From the IMG/VR virus record IMGVR_UViG_3300025030_000131, positions 1-55,529 of that record: DNA of 55,529 nt. One strand, 5' to 3'. Each line of letters begins with the position of its first letter. The stretch's first letter is position 1. The notes below the pieces were generated by a model, which was not told where the DNA came from, searched no databases, and saw nothing but the letters and a program-made list of their open reading frames with translations. Source of the DNA: a virus. Its lineage: Duplodnaviria; Caudoviricetes. The position numbers and the translations under genes are program-made. Below are positions 27,003-37,471 of the stretch, piece after piece.

Positions 27003-28163
27003 CTAGGAGCAGCAGCGGAAACCGATGAGGCTGAAGGCGAGCCGCGGCGAGTTGTTGCCGCTGACCGACCAGCCACCCGCGTAAGTCGAGTTGTTCCAGC
27101 CGCCGCCGCGGAGGAGGGCGCGAGGACCCTGCAAGGCGTCGGCTCCAGTGGTAGCTCCAAACGGTGAATACGACTCGCCACCCTCCGCTTCACCTGTCCA
27201 TGAGCTAGTCGTCCATGCAGACCCAGCCTGGTCTGTATAAACGTCCTGCACAGGTGACCAGGTCGAAACTCTTTCCCAAACATTACCGGTCATATCGTAG
27301 CAACCCAGCGTGGAGACGCAGTTGGCGAGTGTGCCGGTTGGGTTGCTATTGACGTTGGCTGCCGCAGTCCAGCAGGTTGTGTTATTGTTCGCGCCTGCCG
27401 GTGTGCCAAATGCTGCCATGCTCCATTCATCATTCGTGCATAAGCGTTTGCCTGCGTTCATGCAGGCTTTGTATTGCGCGAAATAAGTCAAGCTTACCCA
27501 GGGCGTAGCATTGTAGGCAGATGCCGCCGCATTCCCAGCGTGGATGGCCTTGCCGGTGTTGCCAGAATTAGACGCGATGTATATATCTATCATCCAGTTA
27601 GAGCCTGGATACTGTACCATACCCGGCTTCGGTCCCTTTTCTGGATAATCCACATCGCCATCTTCTCTGGCGCTTGCAACCGAATACCTCGAAATGGCGC
27701 TGCTGCCGTTATTGTGTAACCATCCGATCAATCTGGATGTTGCCACCGAGTATCCGCTTGGATAACTGGCACTCGCTGAAATTTTGACGTTGAACTGACT
27801 GCCCGTTCCCGCGACAGCATAGACATAATAATTCATGCCAGCCGCCTCCGATCCGGTGTCCAAATCTGCAAAGGTCGCATTGAACGCGGCAGTTCTTGCG
27901 TATCCGATCCCATTTATTTCCAATTCCCCCACGCCAACCTGGATCGTGCCTGCGTCGACGTAAGAGAGGAAGCATTTGTATTTTTTGCTCCGCCGATCCC
28001 CCCATACCCAGGCCGCCTGAACCTCGTCATAATACCCATCATGGCCTGTGGCGACGTCATGCACATGCTCGCCGCCAACCAAACCAGTGAGTGCATTGAT
28101 TTGTGCCGTTGCCAGGCGGATTGCCACCGCAGGCCGTCCATATTGAATATCATTCTTTTTCAT
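27003..28163 (-). CDS. DGR target protein: tail fibre/receptor-binding protein with an FGE-sulfatase-type C-lectin fold
   Basis: AGKRLCTNDEW, GCYDMTGNVWE, RALLRGGGW...IGFRCC; VR at the C-terminus. Confidence 0.9.
   Translation of the reverse strand: MKKNDIQYGRPAVAIRLATAQINALTGLVGGEHVHDVATGHDGYYDEVQAAWVWGDRRSKKYKCFLSYVDAGTIQVGVGELEINGIGYARTAAFNATFADLDTGSEAAGMNYYVYAVAGTGSQFNVKISASASYPSGYSVATSRLIGWLHNNGSSAISRYSVASAREDGDVDYPEKGPKPGMVQYPGSNWMIDIYIASNSGNTGKAIHAGNAAASAYNATPWVSLTYFAQYKACMNAGKRLCTNDEWSMAAFGTPAGANNNTTCWTAAANVNSNPTGTLANCVSTLGCYDMTGNVWERVSTWSPVQDVYTDQAGSAWTTSSWTGEAEGGESYSPFGATTGADALQGPRALLRGGGWNNSTYAGGWSVSGNNSPRLAFSLIGFRCCS
27027..27122 (-). repeat. DGR variable repeat (VR)
   Basis: AAC to GGC, TAC, AGC, CTC, TTC, CTC and ACG to TCG relative to TR. 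Confidence 0.95.
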
Positions 28164-30076
28164 TACGCAACCCTCCAGAATTCAAACGAAGAATATACTT
28201 CAACGTCTGTGTAATTGCTTACCCTGGCTTTGACAGATACGCCCACCCCATAATCAGCCTGCGCCGTCTGCGCCATATATTGGACTTCTAGAATTTTGGA
28301 TGCTGTCAATGTAAATCTACCGGACAGCGGAATATGCGCCCCAAAGTTCAGATGGCCTGTTACTCCCAACATATCGGGAACCATGACAGAGTCTGTTATG
28401 TTGTACAAACGTAATTGAGTCGCGTTTGTACCGTAGAACGCACATAGGATATGGGCATCATAAACTCCAGCGGCAAGTGTGATCTGATTGGATGCAATAG
28501 AACAAATTCCGCCAACGTCCTGTACCTCAGTATTCACAATTCTGGTTGTCCATGCGTTTGCCACTGCCGAGCCTCCCTCAGTTCCGTTTGCGCGTTCGTC
28601 ATGCAATAAAACATAATCAGGGGATTTGAGAGTAACAGACCCACCACCGTTATTTTGAAGTGTCCCATTGGGGACAATGATCTTCCCAACATTACTTACC
28701 GAGGGAGACCCATCCTCTTCTTCCATCGTCAGGTTGAATGGAGTTGACCCTCCCCCAAAAATTCCACCAGTTGTGACAGTCAACGTATCTGCCCCATCTG
28801 CCACCTGATCCACATTCAAGGTCAGGATGTCACCTTCTACGAAATCAGTAATCAGTGGGGTTGTGACCTTCACCCATCCGTTTACATCATCCCATTCAAT
28901 GACAGGTCGAAAGTCATCGTACACGTCCTGAAATATCGAGGTCATCCCGTTCAGGATAATGTCAAAGATGTTCGATCCATACGGTTCTCCCCACTTCCGC
29001 AGACGAAAATACCAAACATGGATATTGGCCGGCCCGGTGATCAATATCGAAGGGGCGATGTCATCCAGAACCGCAAGGGCACCGTCTTTTACAAAACCAA
29101 AAGCACCTCCGCCGCCACCTTCAATGCGCCAATCTGCCGCGCCCATAGTGGCATCGTATAACTTGTATATGATTGAAGTGCTCTGATCCAGCCATTCATC
29201 TGTGACAAGATAGCCCAAAGTCTCATCATCATTGACAGTGGGCGCGGTAAAATTCAAGAACTTGCGAACATATAGCGGATCGGTGATATCTAAATCAGGC
29301 GAAAAGACTGAAGGCGTATTGAGAATATCACCCCAATCAATAGCAGCCGCCAATCCTCCCTCACCCCCGTACCCCGTAAAGCGCGGATCGAAAATATCGG
29401 GATCGCTTGGATTATTGCCGATCCTGGTCTGACCTGCGTAGGTTTTTACTGAAAATAATAACCTGCGATTGTAGGCCGTTACGGGTATCTCCGCCGGGGT
29501 CAGTAACGGCCTTGAGTCTGCATCGCTACCCGCCTCATAATAGATCGTGCCGTCTGTGCCCACTTCCACATTGACCCATCGGGCATTGCCGGCCGGCACG
29601 TAGGAGGTCAGGTCGAAATCCTGTGTATTGATTACTTTGAATCCGTCCAGATAATACCAATATCCTCCAAGCTGCACGGTCATCCCTCCGGTGGGCGCGG
29701 GCAGGCCGCTCAGAATCTGTTCATTTCTAACCCATGTCGGGTTATCGCTCTCTCCGATGGTATGGTTGTGTTCCGGTATGTCGGGGATGCTTGTGTCGGG
29801 ATATACGTCCCTCGATCCCAAGACCTGCAATAAACTCGACCCAGGCAGATACCCCACCCACACCGGCCACTTGAGTCGGTTTGGGGAGCGTTGATTCCTG
29901 ACCTTCAATACCTGACCTGTGATATGGACGGTCACATATACCCGAAAAGAATCGTATTTGACTTCATCGGTGTGAAGATTTCCGATAAAGGCGGGAATCC
30001 GCGTATCCCGGCGGGCGATCTGAATGTCACCGATTAGATTGCGAGACTGTTTATCCATTATTCGATAAACCTGCAC
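28163..30076 (-). CDS. Tail fibre / minor tail protein
   Basis: Position; APTVNDDETLGY..W.D motif; Gly-rich linkers. Confidence 0.7.
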   Translation of the reverse strand: MQVYRIMDKQSRNLIGDIQIARRDTRIPAFIGNLHTDEVKYDSFRVYVTVHITGQVLKVRNQRSPNRLKWPVWVGYLPGSSLLQVLGSRDVYPDTSIPDIPEHNHTIGESDNPTWVRNEQILSGLPAPTGGMTVQLGGYWYYLDGFKVINTQDFDLTSYVPAGNARWVNVEVGTDGTIYYEAGSDADSRPLLTPAEIPVTAYNRRLLFSVKTYAGQTRIGNNPSDPDIFDPRFTGYGGEGGLAAAIDWGDILNTPSVFSPDLDITDPLYVRKFLNFTAPTVNDDETLGYLVTDEWLDQSTSIIYKLYDATMGAADWRIEGGGGGAFGFVKDGALAVLDDIAPSILITGPANIHVWYFRLRKWGEPYGSNIFDIILNGMTSIFQDVYDDFRPVIEWDDVNGWVKVTTPLITDFVEGDILTLNVDQVADGADTLTVTTGGIFGGGSTPFNLTMEEEDGSPSVSNVGKIIVPNGTLQNNGGGSVTLKSPDYVLLHDERANGTEGGSAVANAWTTRIVNTEVQDVGGICSIASNQITLAAGVYDAHILCAFYGTNATQLRLYNITDSVMVPDMLGVTGHLNFGAHIPLSGRFTLTASKILEVQYMAQTAQADYGVGVSVKARVSNYTDVEVYSSFEFWRVA

Positions 30077-33021
30077 AGGTAAATGTCAATCAACGGCGCA
30101 ATATACCCAAGATTGCCGGTCTTTTCAAAATAACTTGCCCCTACGTCGCCGGTGAATCGGATTACTATGCCGCCTCCGAAGATGAAACGATTGTCATCCC
30201 CGCAATTCTCCCATACATCTGATCCGTTGGGAATCACCCCAGATACCGGAACCCACGTTATTCCGGCGTCCTCTGTTTTATAAGCCGTGAAGGTTCCATC
30301 TTGTGATCCTGCCATGGCAATATTGGAAGTTGGGGAAAATGCTATGCCCTGCCGGCTGTCAGGTTGTATGGCCGTAAACGGCGTCTCGATCCCCGCTGCA
30401 AACCTCATGTATCCATTGGTAGGGTTGTTATAGACAATTAGAAAATCATAACCTCTGGCGGAAGTGGCATAGGGCGAATAACCGGATGCCCAAAAACTGC
30501 CTTGCACAGTGTCAGAATAAGCACCTGCCGCATTGAGTCTGATATAGACGGGGTTTGTAAGGCTGCCCTGAATCCCTGCACCGCTCACAGCCGCAATCGA
30601 CCAGCCGCCGCCATTCCAGAAAATTGGCTGTTCCGTACCATGCAACAAGTTTCGTATGTAGATGGGTGAACCCGCAACCGCGCCCTCGCAAAAAGTGATG
30701 TAGATACTTCCGTATTGTCCATCATTAGGCCACGACCACGCGCGACCTCCTGTAATGACAATGCTGTCATCCTGGTTGGGATCAACCCCTATCCCGCGTA
30801 TGCCGGAATTTAGGTACCATCCTTCCACTGGATAAGCAGTCCATGATTGCACTAATTCCCATGTGGCTCCCACGCCAGCCGCGCGATAAACAGACTCGTA
30901 TCCTTGATTGCTGCCTGCCTTTTCCTTTGTCAGTATGTAAATAGCTCCCACTGGTGTGACTTGAATTTGAACAATAGCATCCCTTTCATCTTCTGTAAGA
31001 CCATTATTCATGGTTTTCCAGATAACATCAGCGGCATCCGCGTCAAAATTCTCCGTATATAGGACTCCGAATAAGGGTGCTACAATCACAACTTTTTTGG
31101 GATGATTGAGATTGATTTCGCCGGGAGGCATGGGGGGGGAGATTGGCGGCGGGATTGGAATTGTCGGCGGGGGAGGGAGTTCAAAATCCTCATCAATTCC
31201 ACTATCCGCCGGCACGTCCCCATCGACATTCAACTCTTCCACCGACTCGTCCTCGAACTGCACAATGGTATGGGCATATCCAGAATCGCGATCCCATAAA
31301 TATTCAATGGAACGGGGACAAAGGTATCCGTTGTATGGGACTCCTCTTGGGTTGTCTGCGGCCAGCATGACGATACTGGCGCGGCAATATTGGGCGACAC
31401 TGAACATGCGGTTATTTCCAACAAACTCAACAGGCAAATCATCGAAGAGCCTGTTGTCCCATCCAACCAAAAGACCAGCCAGGGCATTGCCCTGACTCTG
31501 ACTTGATAATAATAACTTCTCCATTGAGTCGGGATCGCCATAAGGGAATGGGATATGACCCGGTGACAGGGAAAAATAGGCAAAACCAGACCCATATTGA
31601 TCCACCTTTATCCCAGAGGAAAGCATTTGTGCCCTTTCCTCATACAGGTGCAATTCAACGCCTATCATATCCTGCCAGTCATCCGAGGTAATGGCCTGCA
31701 CCACAGGCCAGGCCGTTCTATCGGCCTCCGGCACAAGCTGCGGCTCGACTCTCAGATAGGCATACCCCAACCGATCAAATACCAGACTGGCAATGATGCT
31801 CGTAAATGCCATTTCCTCGATTTGCGCCCACAGATTCGTATTGATGCTTGCCATTTCAAGTGCCAGCCTTGTGTCGTTGCTTGGGTAGAAATCACAGAAC
31901 CTCAAAACGGTGGAACGGTAACGGAGCAGGTGGAATATGGCGCGGTCTATATTCAGGTCGGGCATATCCGTCCACAGACTCGGAGTGTTGATCGCCCTTT
32001 CCAACCCGGTGGGGAAGGTGGTTATTTTAGCGAGCCAGTATTTCCAGCCCTGTATGGTGATCTCCACGTTGCCAGTTTCCTCGTTGAAAGACATGGCATC
32101 GTCTGAAATCCTGCCAACCGATACGACATTTTCCTCCCCTTCGCAGTACCCGATGGACTCCACCTGGGAGTCGTAATAATCCTTTGCAAATAGGATCGTA
32201 AAGGCGCGGGCAACCATATTGGTCAGGTCGGCGTTCTCCGTCATCTGCACTTCAAAATATACGTCCTTGCCCTCATTGACTCTCACGGTATGGAGGTAGG
32301 TATTGATCTCGTTGATGTCTTTGACAAAGACATAGCGCATGCCGCGATAGGTCTTTCCTTCGCTGGTCGTCGCTGTGCAATAGATGACATAATTTCCCTC
32401 GGCATCCCATTCAAAAGTAGGGGTAGCCGTGTTGGGATTGGTGATATTTGAGGATCCGGGGGCTGTCCATGCGTAGGATGCTATGGTTGCGCCGAAAACC
32501 CATGAGTTCGAGGCGTCCCGCTCCAAAGTTACCGGATTCCCCGAAAACGGGATGACCACATGCCCGCCCATGTTGACCACCGGCTCGAATTCCTCATGCT
32601 GGTCGGTATATGCCTCCTCGTAATCTATCAGGAATTCACCGTCCACGATCTTGATATGTTTTGGGAGAATGTCGTAATCGTCCGCAATAGTCAGGTAACA
32701 ATCGGCCTGCCAGTCGATATGAGACAACTCGCCAATGTAGAATATGCTGGAGGTGGGGGCTTTCCTGATCCTGCAAATGCCCAGGTCGCTTGCCCCGGCG
32801 GTTGTGCCAACCAGCATAGTCATATCCACCAGGACATCGGCTAATGTGCCGACTCCGGTATTGTAATCAATAGAACCCACCATGTCGGTTGAAGTGGGGA
32901 CTCCATTCAGGCGCGCGGTATAGATCACGTTTGGCACGCGGGGGATCACAAACATTTCCGAGTATTGATTCTTGCCTCGTTGTTTGGTTAGTTCCGGGGA
33001 GGTGATGGCTCTAACAGACAT
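30058..33021 (-). CDS. Large minor tail/baseplate protein with a PKD-like segment
   Basis: 987 aa after the distal tail gene; DASNSW...IASYAWT; Pro-rich linker. Confidence 0.65.
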   Translation of the reverse strand: MSVRAITSPELTKQRGKNQYSEMFVIPRVPNVIYTARLNGVPTSTDMVGSIDYNTGVGTLADVLVDMTMLVGTTAGASDLGICRIRKAPTSSIFYIGELSHIDWQADCYLTIADDYDILPKHIKIVDGEFLIDYEEAYTDQHEEFEPVVNMGGHVVIPFSGNPVTLERDASNSWVFGATIASYAWTAPGSSNITNPNTATPTFEWDAEGNYVIYCTATTSEGKTYRGMRYVFVKDINEINTYLHTVRVNEGKDVYFEVQMTENADLTNMVARAFTILFAKDYYDSQVESIGYCEGEENVVSVGRISDDAMSFNEETGNVEITIQGWKYWLAKITTFPTGLERAINTPSLWTDMPDLNIDRAIFHLLRYRSTVLRFCDFYPSNDTRLALEMASINTNLWAQIEEMAFTSIIASLVFDRLGYAYLRVEPQLVPEADRTAWPVVQAITSDDWQDMIGVELHLYEERAQMLSSGIKVDQYGSGFAYFSLSPGHIPFPYGDPDSMEKLLLSSQSQGNALAGLLVGWDNRLFDDLPVEFVGNNRMFSVAQYCRASIVMLAADNPRGVPYNGYLCPRSIEYLWDRDSGYAHTIVQFEDESVEELNVDGDVPADSGIDEDFELPPPPTIPIPPPISPPMPPGEINLNHPKKVVIVAPLFGVLYTENFDADAADVIWKTMNNGLTEDERDAIVQIQVTPVGAIYILTKEKAGSNQGYESVYRAAGVGATWELVQSWTAYPVEGWYLNSGIRGIGVDPNQDDSIVITGGRAWSWPNDGQYGSIYITFCEGAVAGSPIYIRNLLHGTEQPIFWNGGGWSIAAVSGAGIQGSLTNPVYIRLNAAGAYSDTVQGSFWASGYSPYATSARGYDFLIVYNNPTNGYMRFAAGIETPFTAIQPDSRQGIAFSPTSNIAMAGSQDGTFTAYKTEDAGITWVPVSGVIPNGSDVWENCGDDNRFIFGGGIVIRFTGDVGASYFEKTGNLGYIAPLIDIYLCRFIE

Positions 33022-33404
33022 TAGGTTATCTTCTCCAATAAAAGAAAGGATAATGAAAACTTCAATCTGGATTGATTCTCTCTCTGCTCGGCTTCCACCG
33101 GCCAGTACATCCTTGTCCTGTAATCCTCCCAGGCCGGGGAGGCAAGGGAGTCGTTGTAGAATCGGCCATAGACCTCAGCCGACAAGCCGGTGCAAAATGC
33201 CCTTAGAATATTGCGCGAACTTACATCTATGAATCCCCAATCCCAAATGCTTGTCGCAAAACCCTGTCCCAGGGTATGTAGACTCCCGGTTCTGACCGCG
33301 AGTGAGAATGGCTTAAATTCGCTTCTCGGTGCTCTCTTGACTCCCAACTCGAAAAGGTATTGCATGGCCTCATGGGTTGTGCCTATGGAAAACTCGTACC
33401 TCAT
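33021..33404 (-). CDS. Distal tail protein-like
   Basis: Position immediately after the tape measure gene. Confidence 0.5.
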   Translation of the reverse strand: MRYEFSIGTTHEAMQYLFELGVKRAPRSEFKPFSLAVRTGSLHTLGQGFATSIWDWGFIDVSSRNILRAFCTGLSAEVYGRFYNDSLASPAWEDYRTRMYWPVEAEQRENQSRLKFSLSFLLLEKIT

Positions 33405-35902
33405 CGTCTACCTCTTGGTTTCAGGGCGCTGGTAAATAGGCGCAGGGCTTTTTGCGCAGCCTCATCCTCGATGGCGCGGCGCTCTGCCAGGGGGATCGAG
33501 GAGTCGAATCTCCTCGAGTCGTTCAGAGTCAACGACCCGCTGGCTCCCGCGGCAAGCGTGTTCAATAACGCCTGTTGGGATAGATGACTGCCTATCAGAC
33601 TCTCGGCGGCGGCGGTGGTCGCCGGGGCAAGCACGAATTCCCGACTCTTCATGTTATACAGCCCGTCCCCGGTATATCCGCCGGAGTGCCGTGAGGGGAT
33701 CAGCCCCGCACCGGCACCACCGGATGATGTGCTTGTCCTGAAGAGCCGCGCCTGTGCCTGCAACCATAATTCGGTCTCGGCCAGGATCACGCTGTAATAT
33801 CGGCTCCGCAACAACCTCTCGGCGTTCATGGCGTTGCCCATGTCCTTGATCTGTTCGTAGGCCGCAATGATCCTGCGCCGGCGTTCCTCGTTGTAGGCCA
33901 TTTGAAGCTGGGCCAGTTCCTCGGCCTTTTGTCTTTGTATTTCCTGTAACCGTTGCGCGTGCGCGGCCTGTTCTTCCAGTATTTCCTGGGCGGCCCTTGC
34001 CTTCGCGTCGATTACATCCTGCTGGTATTTTGCCAGGCGTTCGGCGCGTTCGCGCTCGAAACTCCGTCGCAGGTCGGCCAACTGTATCTGAGTCTGCCTT
34101 CGGCGTTCCTGAATCTCCTTATCCGTGTTGTTCTCGATCTCGGATTTTTGACGGTCAAATTCCCTTTGAGCCTTGACCAATCCGAGCGCGTCGCGTGACC
34201 TGGTGAGCTCGTCTTTTTGAAGGGCGAAGTCCTCCTCCAGCTTACGCAGTTCCTCCTGCGCGTCACGTTGGATTTGCAGGACTTCCTCGTTCCCGTCCCG
34301 GATAATGTCGCCCCTTTGGGTCTGGTAATCAATCTCGGCTTGCTGGTTCGCTTTGGCAAAGTTCGCGGACAGGTTGGATAGGGTATCCGCAAGGGTGGCC
34401 TTGATCCGTGAAATGGACTGCGCCAGTTGAATATTGGCCTTTGCAATGGCGTCGTTCATGCGGTTGATGATGTCCACCCGGTCACTCGCCAGTTCCCTTT
34501 CGGCTTCGATGTTATCCTTTTCCAATTGGATGATGATCTTCATTCCTTCCGCGTCGGCCGCCGCCTGTTCGGTGGATGCGGAAAGGTCGTCGAGGGCATC
34601 GGTCAATTCGTCCATGTTGTCATCCAATCCATAGATGGCCTTGACTGTATTCCAGATGCTTGCGGCGGCTTTATCGCCCGCCGGCCCCGTCTTTTCGAGC
34701 AGGAGTAATAATGATCCCAGCGGCAAAAGTGCGTACTTCTTGAATGATTCCCCTATGTCTCCAAAGGATTGATCCGTCCCCATGATCTTGTTGAGTCCGC
34801 GCCTTTCAAGTTCCACCAGAAATGCGCCAGCCAGTAGAATCCCCGCCGCCGGCGCTACCTGCGCCAATGCGCCGGCACCTCCGATGGTTGCCGTTGCACC
34901 ACCCGCGATCTTCTGCCCAGCGACTCCCGCCAGGAATTTATCCACCGAGGTCTTGAACATATAAGTGGATGCAGCGTATTTCAATTGAGCGGCGATCAAG
35001 GTGACATCCGCAAAGAAGCGGACTCCCTTCGCTACCAACATACCCACCGCGCCCACGGTTGCTATGACCAGCCCTGTATTCAGGGCGGCCCTTACCAGGT
35101 CGGGATGCCGTTCAATGAACTTTGATCCCTTCTCGGCCAGGGCTGCGGCCTTTTCGAGCAGGGGCAGGATCGCGCTCATACCCACCCGTCCAATACGTTG
35201 ATAGGAAAGTTGTATCCTCTGCTGTGCGGTCAGCCACTTCCGGGTCGTCTCATCCACGACTCCGCCGGCTTCCTTGATCCTTTGGGCTTCCTGATTGGCG
35301 GCCAGGAAGATACTGCCCACGATGGCGGAACCGGTCAGGAATAACCCGCTGGATATGCGGTTGATTGCCAGTGCGGCTTGATTTAGATCGGCCACCCTTT
35401 TCTCGGTTTGGGCAAGCTGCTGGTCGAATTTTTTTATTTGCGCCTGGGCTGTCAGTGCAGCTCTGCCCGTATTGAATAGTTCATCCGACAGGTTCTCTAT
35501 TTCCCGCTCTGACAATCCACTCAATTTTGCCATGTCTGAAATGGCACGATTGAGCATTTTTATTTCTTGCTTTTCTTCTTTTATGGATTGCGCGGATTTC
35601 TCCGCAGCTGCGGCGCGGGATTTTTCTGCGTCAAGATTCACCTTTGAAAACTTACGCAGCTCATCGGCGGATACTTTTGCCCCTGTTTTTATATCAACAA
35701 GATTTCCCTCCATAAGCTTGAATGACTTGTTGAACTTTTCTGAAAATTTTTGAAAATCGTCTCCCAAAGAATCGGTAGCATGAGAGACAGACTTCTCCAA
35801 ATCATCCACGTTTTTGGCGGTCTTTTTTAGGCCGGCGTCAACCTCTGCCGACTTAGCCTTATCCAATATAAGTTGTAGTAGGAGACCTACATTGTCAGCC
35901 AT
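33401..35902 (-). CDS. Tape measure protein
   Basis: 833 aa, Ala/Gln-rich helical with hydrophobic segments; follows the tail chaperones. Confidence 0.85.
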   Translation of the reverse strand: MADNVGLLLQLILDKAKSAEVDAGLKKTAKNVDDLEKSVSHATDSLGDDFQKFSEKFNKSFKLMEGNLVDIKTGAKVSADELRKFSKVNLDAEKSRAAAAEKSAQSIKEEKQEIKMLNRAISDMAKLSGLSEREIENLSDELFNTGRAALTAQAQIKKFDQQLAQTEKRVADLNQAALAINRISSGLFLTGSAIVGSIFLAANQEAQRIKEAGGVVDETTRKWLTAQQRIQLSYQRIGRVGMSAILPLLEKAAALAEKGSKFIERHPDLVRAALNTGLVIATVGAVGMLVAKGVRFFADVTLIAAQLKYAASTYMFKTSVDKFLAGVAGQKIAGGATATIGGAGALAQVAPAAGILLAGAFLVELERRGLNKIMGTDQSFGDIGESFKKYALLPLGSLLLLLEKTGPAGDKAAASIWNTVKAIYGLDDNMDELTDALDDLSASTEQAAADAEGMKIIIQLEKDNIEAERELASDRVDIINRMNDAIAKANIQLAQSISRIKATLADTLSNLSANFAKANQQAEIDYQTQRGDIIRDGNEEVLQIQRDAQEELRKLEEDFALQKDELTRSRDALGLVKAQREFDRQKSEIENNTDKEIQERRRQTQIQLADLRRSFERERAERLAKYQQDVIDAKARAAQEILEEQAAHAQRLQEIQRQKAEELAQLQMAYNEERRRRIIAAYEQIKDMGNAMNAERLLRSRYYSVILAETELWLQAQARLFRTSTSSGGAGAGLIPSRHSGGYTGDGLYNMKSREFVLAPATTAAAESLIGSHLSQQALLNTLAAGASGSLTLNDSRRFDSSIPLAERRAIEDEAAQKALRLFTSALKPRGRR

Positions 35903-35903
35903 T

Positions 35904-36218
35904 TTATTGCTTATCCTGATCGCGCCATTGCTTGAAAATCTGCTGAACCATCTTCTCGAAGACGGAGTCTATTTCCAGAATATCGTCCATCAGCATATCG
36001 GGTTGTTCAAGAAAACCGCCCCTGTACGGAAGGTGTTTCCCGCCAAGAGCGCGATAGTTTGTCCAGTAGGGGAAAGCCCTATCGAATCTCTCTTTTGAAA
36101 TGTTGAACGTTTCAGGCAGGGAGTAGGACGGGTCTTTTTCGGGCAAAAGGTCTATGAGGACTTTTTGGATTTCAAAGGCTTCGGCCTTTTTGTTCTCGTA
36201 TTCCTGCTCTTTTTTTTT
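35904..36218 (-). CDS. Tail assembly chaperone, -1 frameshift extension (gpT-like)
   Basis: The -1 frame is open from the slippery site: KEQEYENKKAEAFEIQKVLIDLLPEKDP...LPYRGGFLEQP. Confidence 0.75.
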   Translation of the reverse strand, partial: KKKEQEYENKKAEAFEIQKVLIDLLPEKDPSYSLPETFNISKERFDRAFPYWTNYRALGGKHLPYRGGFLEQPDMLMDDILEIDSVFEKMVQQIFKQWRDQDKQ

Positions 36219-36604
36219 GCTTGTTCCTGCCTGTCCAGGTAGACCGTGAGTCTCCGCTCCTGCTCATCCAGCAGGGAGAAGATTTTCGGGTTCATCTTGC
36301 GGGCCTTCTTGACCCATTGCTCGATGTCCTCGCTCTTCAGCCAAAGGAATTCATCGTAGGACTTCGGCAGGTCGCCCTCGGAACAGGCCATACAGGGAAT
36401 ATAGAGCGTGAACAGGGAGTCCTTGATGCCCTCGCTCAGATCCGGGTCACCCTCGATGGCAACCACCATTTCACCGATCCTGCGGGATGTGTGGCCGGTG
36501 GTTTCGTGGATGATGATGATCCTCCCTGAAAGGTTGAATTCCTCGAATAATAGATGCGATTCCTTCAACCTTTCAAGGAGCGTTTGTTTCTCTGAGGCTT
36601 GCAT
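36152..36604 (-). CDS. Tail assembly chaperone (gpG-like)
   Basis: Between major tail and tape measure; A9G slippery run near the 3' end. Confidence 0.75.
   Translation of the reverse strand: MQASEKQTLLERLKESHLLFEEFNLSGRIIIIHETTGHTSRRIGEMVVAIEGDPDLSEGIKDSLFTLYIPCMACSEGDLPKSYDEFLWLKSEDIEQWVKKARKMNPKIFSLLDEQERRLTVYLDRQEQAKKKSRNTRTKRPKPLKSKKSS
36209..36218 (-). other. Programmed -1 frameshift site (A AAA AAG)
   Basis: GCA AAA AAA AAG on the - strand; the downstream ORF is in the -1 frame. Confidence 0.75.
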
Positions 36605-36607
36605 GGC

Positions 36608-37468
36608 TTACCTGTGCTGGTAAACGACTTGGATTTCGGTGCTGAGGCCCGGCGCGATATTGAAGGTGACGCCATCCACGGCAACCGTGTAATCCGCAGA
36701 ATCGACCAATTCCAGGGCGTCGTCGGTCTGCGCGCCGGAGAATACAGCTACATTGACGGTGGAGATGGCCTGGCGCGAGGCCGGGAACAGGAATTCAACC
36801 TGCGCTGTGGCGGCGATGAAAGCGGCGATTCTGTTTGGATAATCCGAAAAACCACTCCATAAGCCGGATTCAAACGCTCCCGTATCAGACACACCCGAAA
36901 GCGGATCATAGATGTCGGCCAATGGCGCAAGGGCTTCACCATGCAGATGATATTCCGTTGCGTTGGGGGCCAGATCGAATACCAGGTCAATTGGGTTCTC
37001 ACCCGCGCCCGGAAGGCGGGGGACGGCCTGGGTGTTGGGGATGATATGGAAATGGATGCCCTGCTGTTTGGTCTGCTTCGAGACTGCAGCCTGCCACAGG
37101 AACATGCCTACCGCCGGCTCATTGCCCTGCTGGTCGGTCATGTGCGGCAGCATCTTCATACCGGCCAATTCCTTGATGGTGAGGCCGGTCAGGGTCGCCA
37201 GCAGATCCAAATCCTCCGATCCCACGGAAAGTTCGCCGGATACGGCCTCCTGGGAGGGGAAAATTTGGGTCGCCAAAAGGCGGTCATTGCCGATGTGTGG
37301 GACTCGGCGGGCGGCGGGGATGGTCAGGTTGTACAGTTTGGTGGCGTGTACTTCCTGCCCGGCATAGACCAGTCCGCCAGCGGCCGCGGCGGGGCGGCCT
37401 TTGGTGTTCAGTTCGTACACCACGGCCCGCTGAAGACCGGAGTACATATAGGTGGATTCGACAGTCAT
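36608..37468 (-). CDS. Major tail tube protein
   Basis: 286 aa; synteny; strong RBS AGAGGAG. Confidence 0.7.
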   Translation of the reverse strand: MTVESTYMYSGLQRAVVYELNTKGRPAAAAGGLVYAGQEVHATKLYNLTIPAARRVPHIGNDRLLATQIFPSQEAVSGELSVGSEDLDLLATLTGLTIKELAGMKMLPHMTDQQGNEPAVGMFLWQAAVSKQTKQQGIHFHIIPNTQAVPRLPGAGENPIDLVFDLAPNATEYHLHGEALAPLADIYDPLSGVSDTGAFESGLWSGFSDYPNRIAAFIAATAQVEFLFPASRQAISTVNVAVFSGAQTDDALELVDSADYTVAVDGVTFNIAPGLSTEIQVVYQHR

Positions 37469-37471
37469 TGG

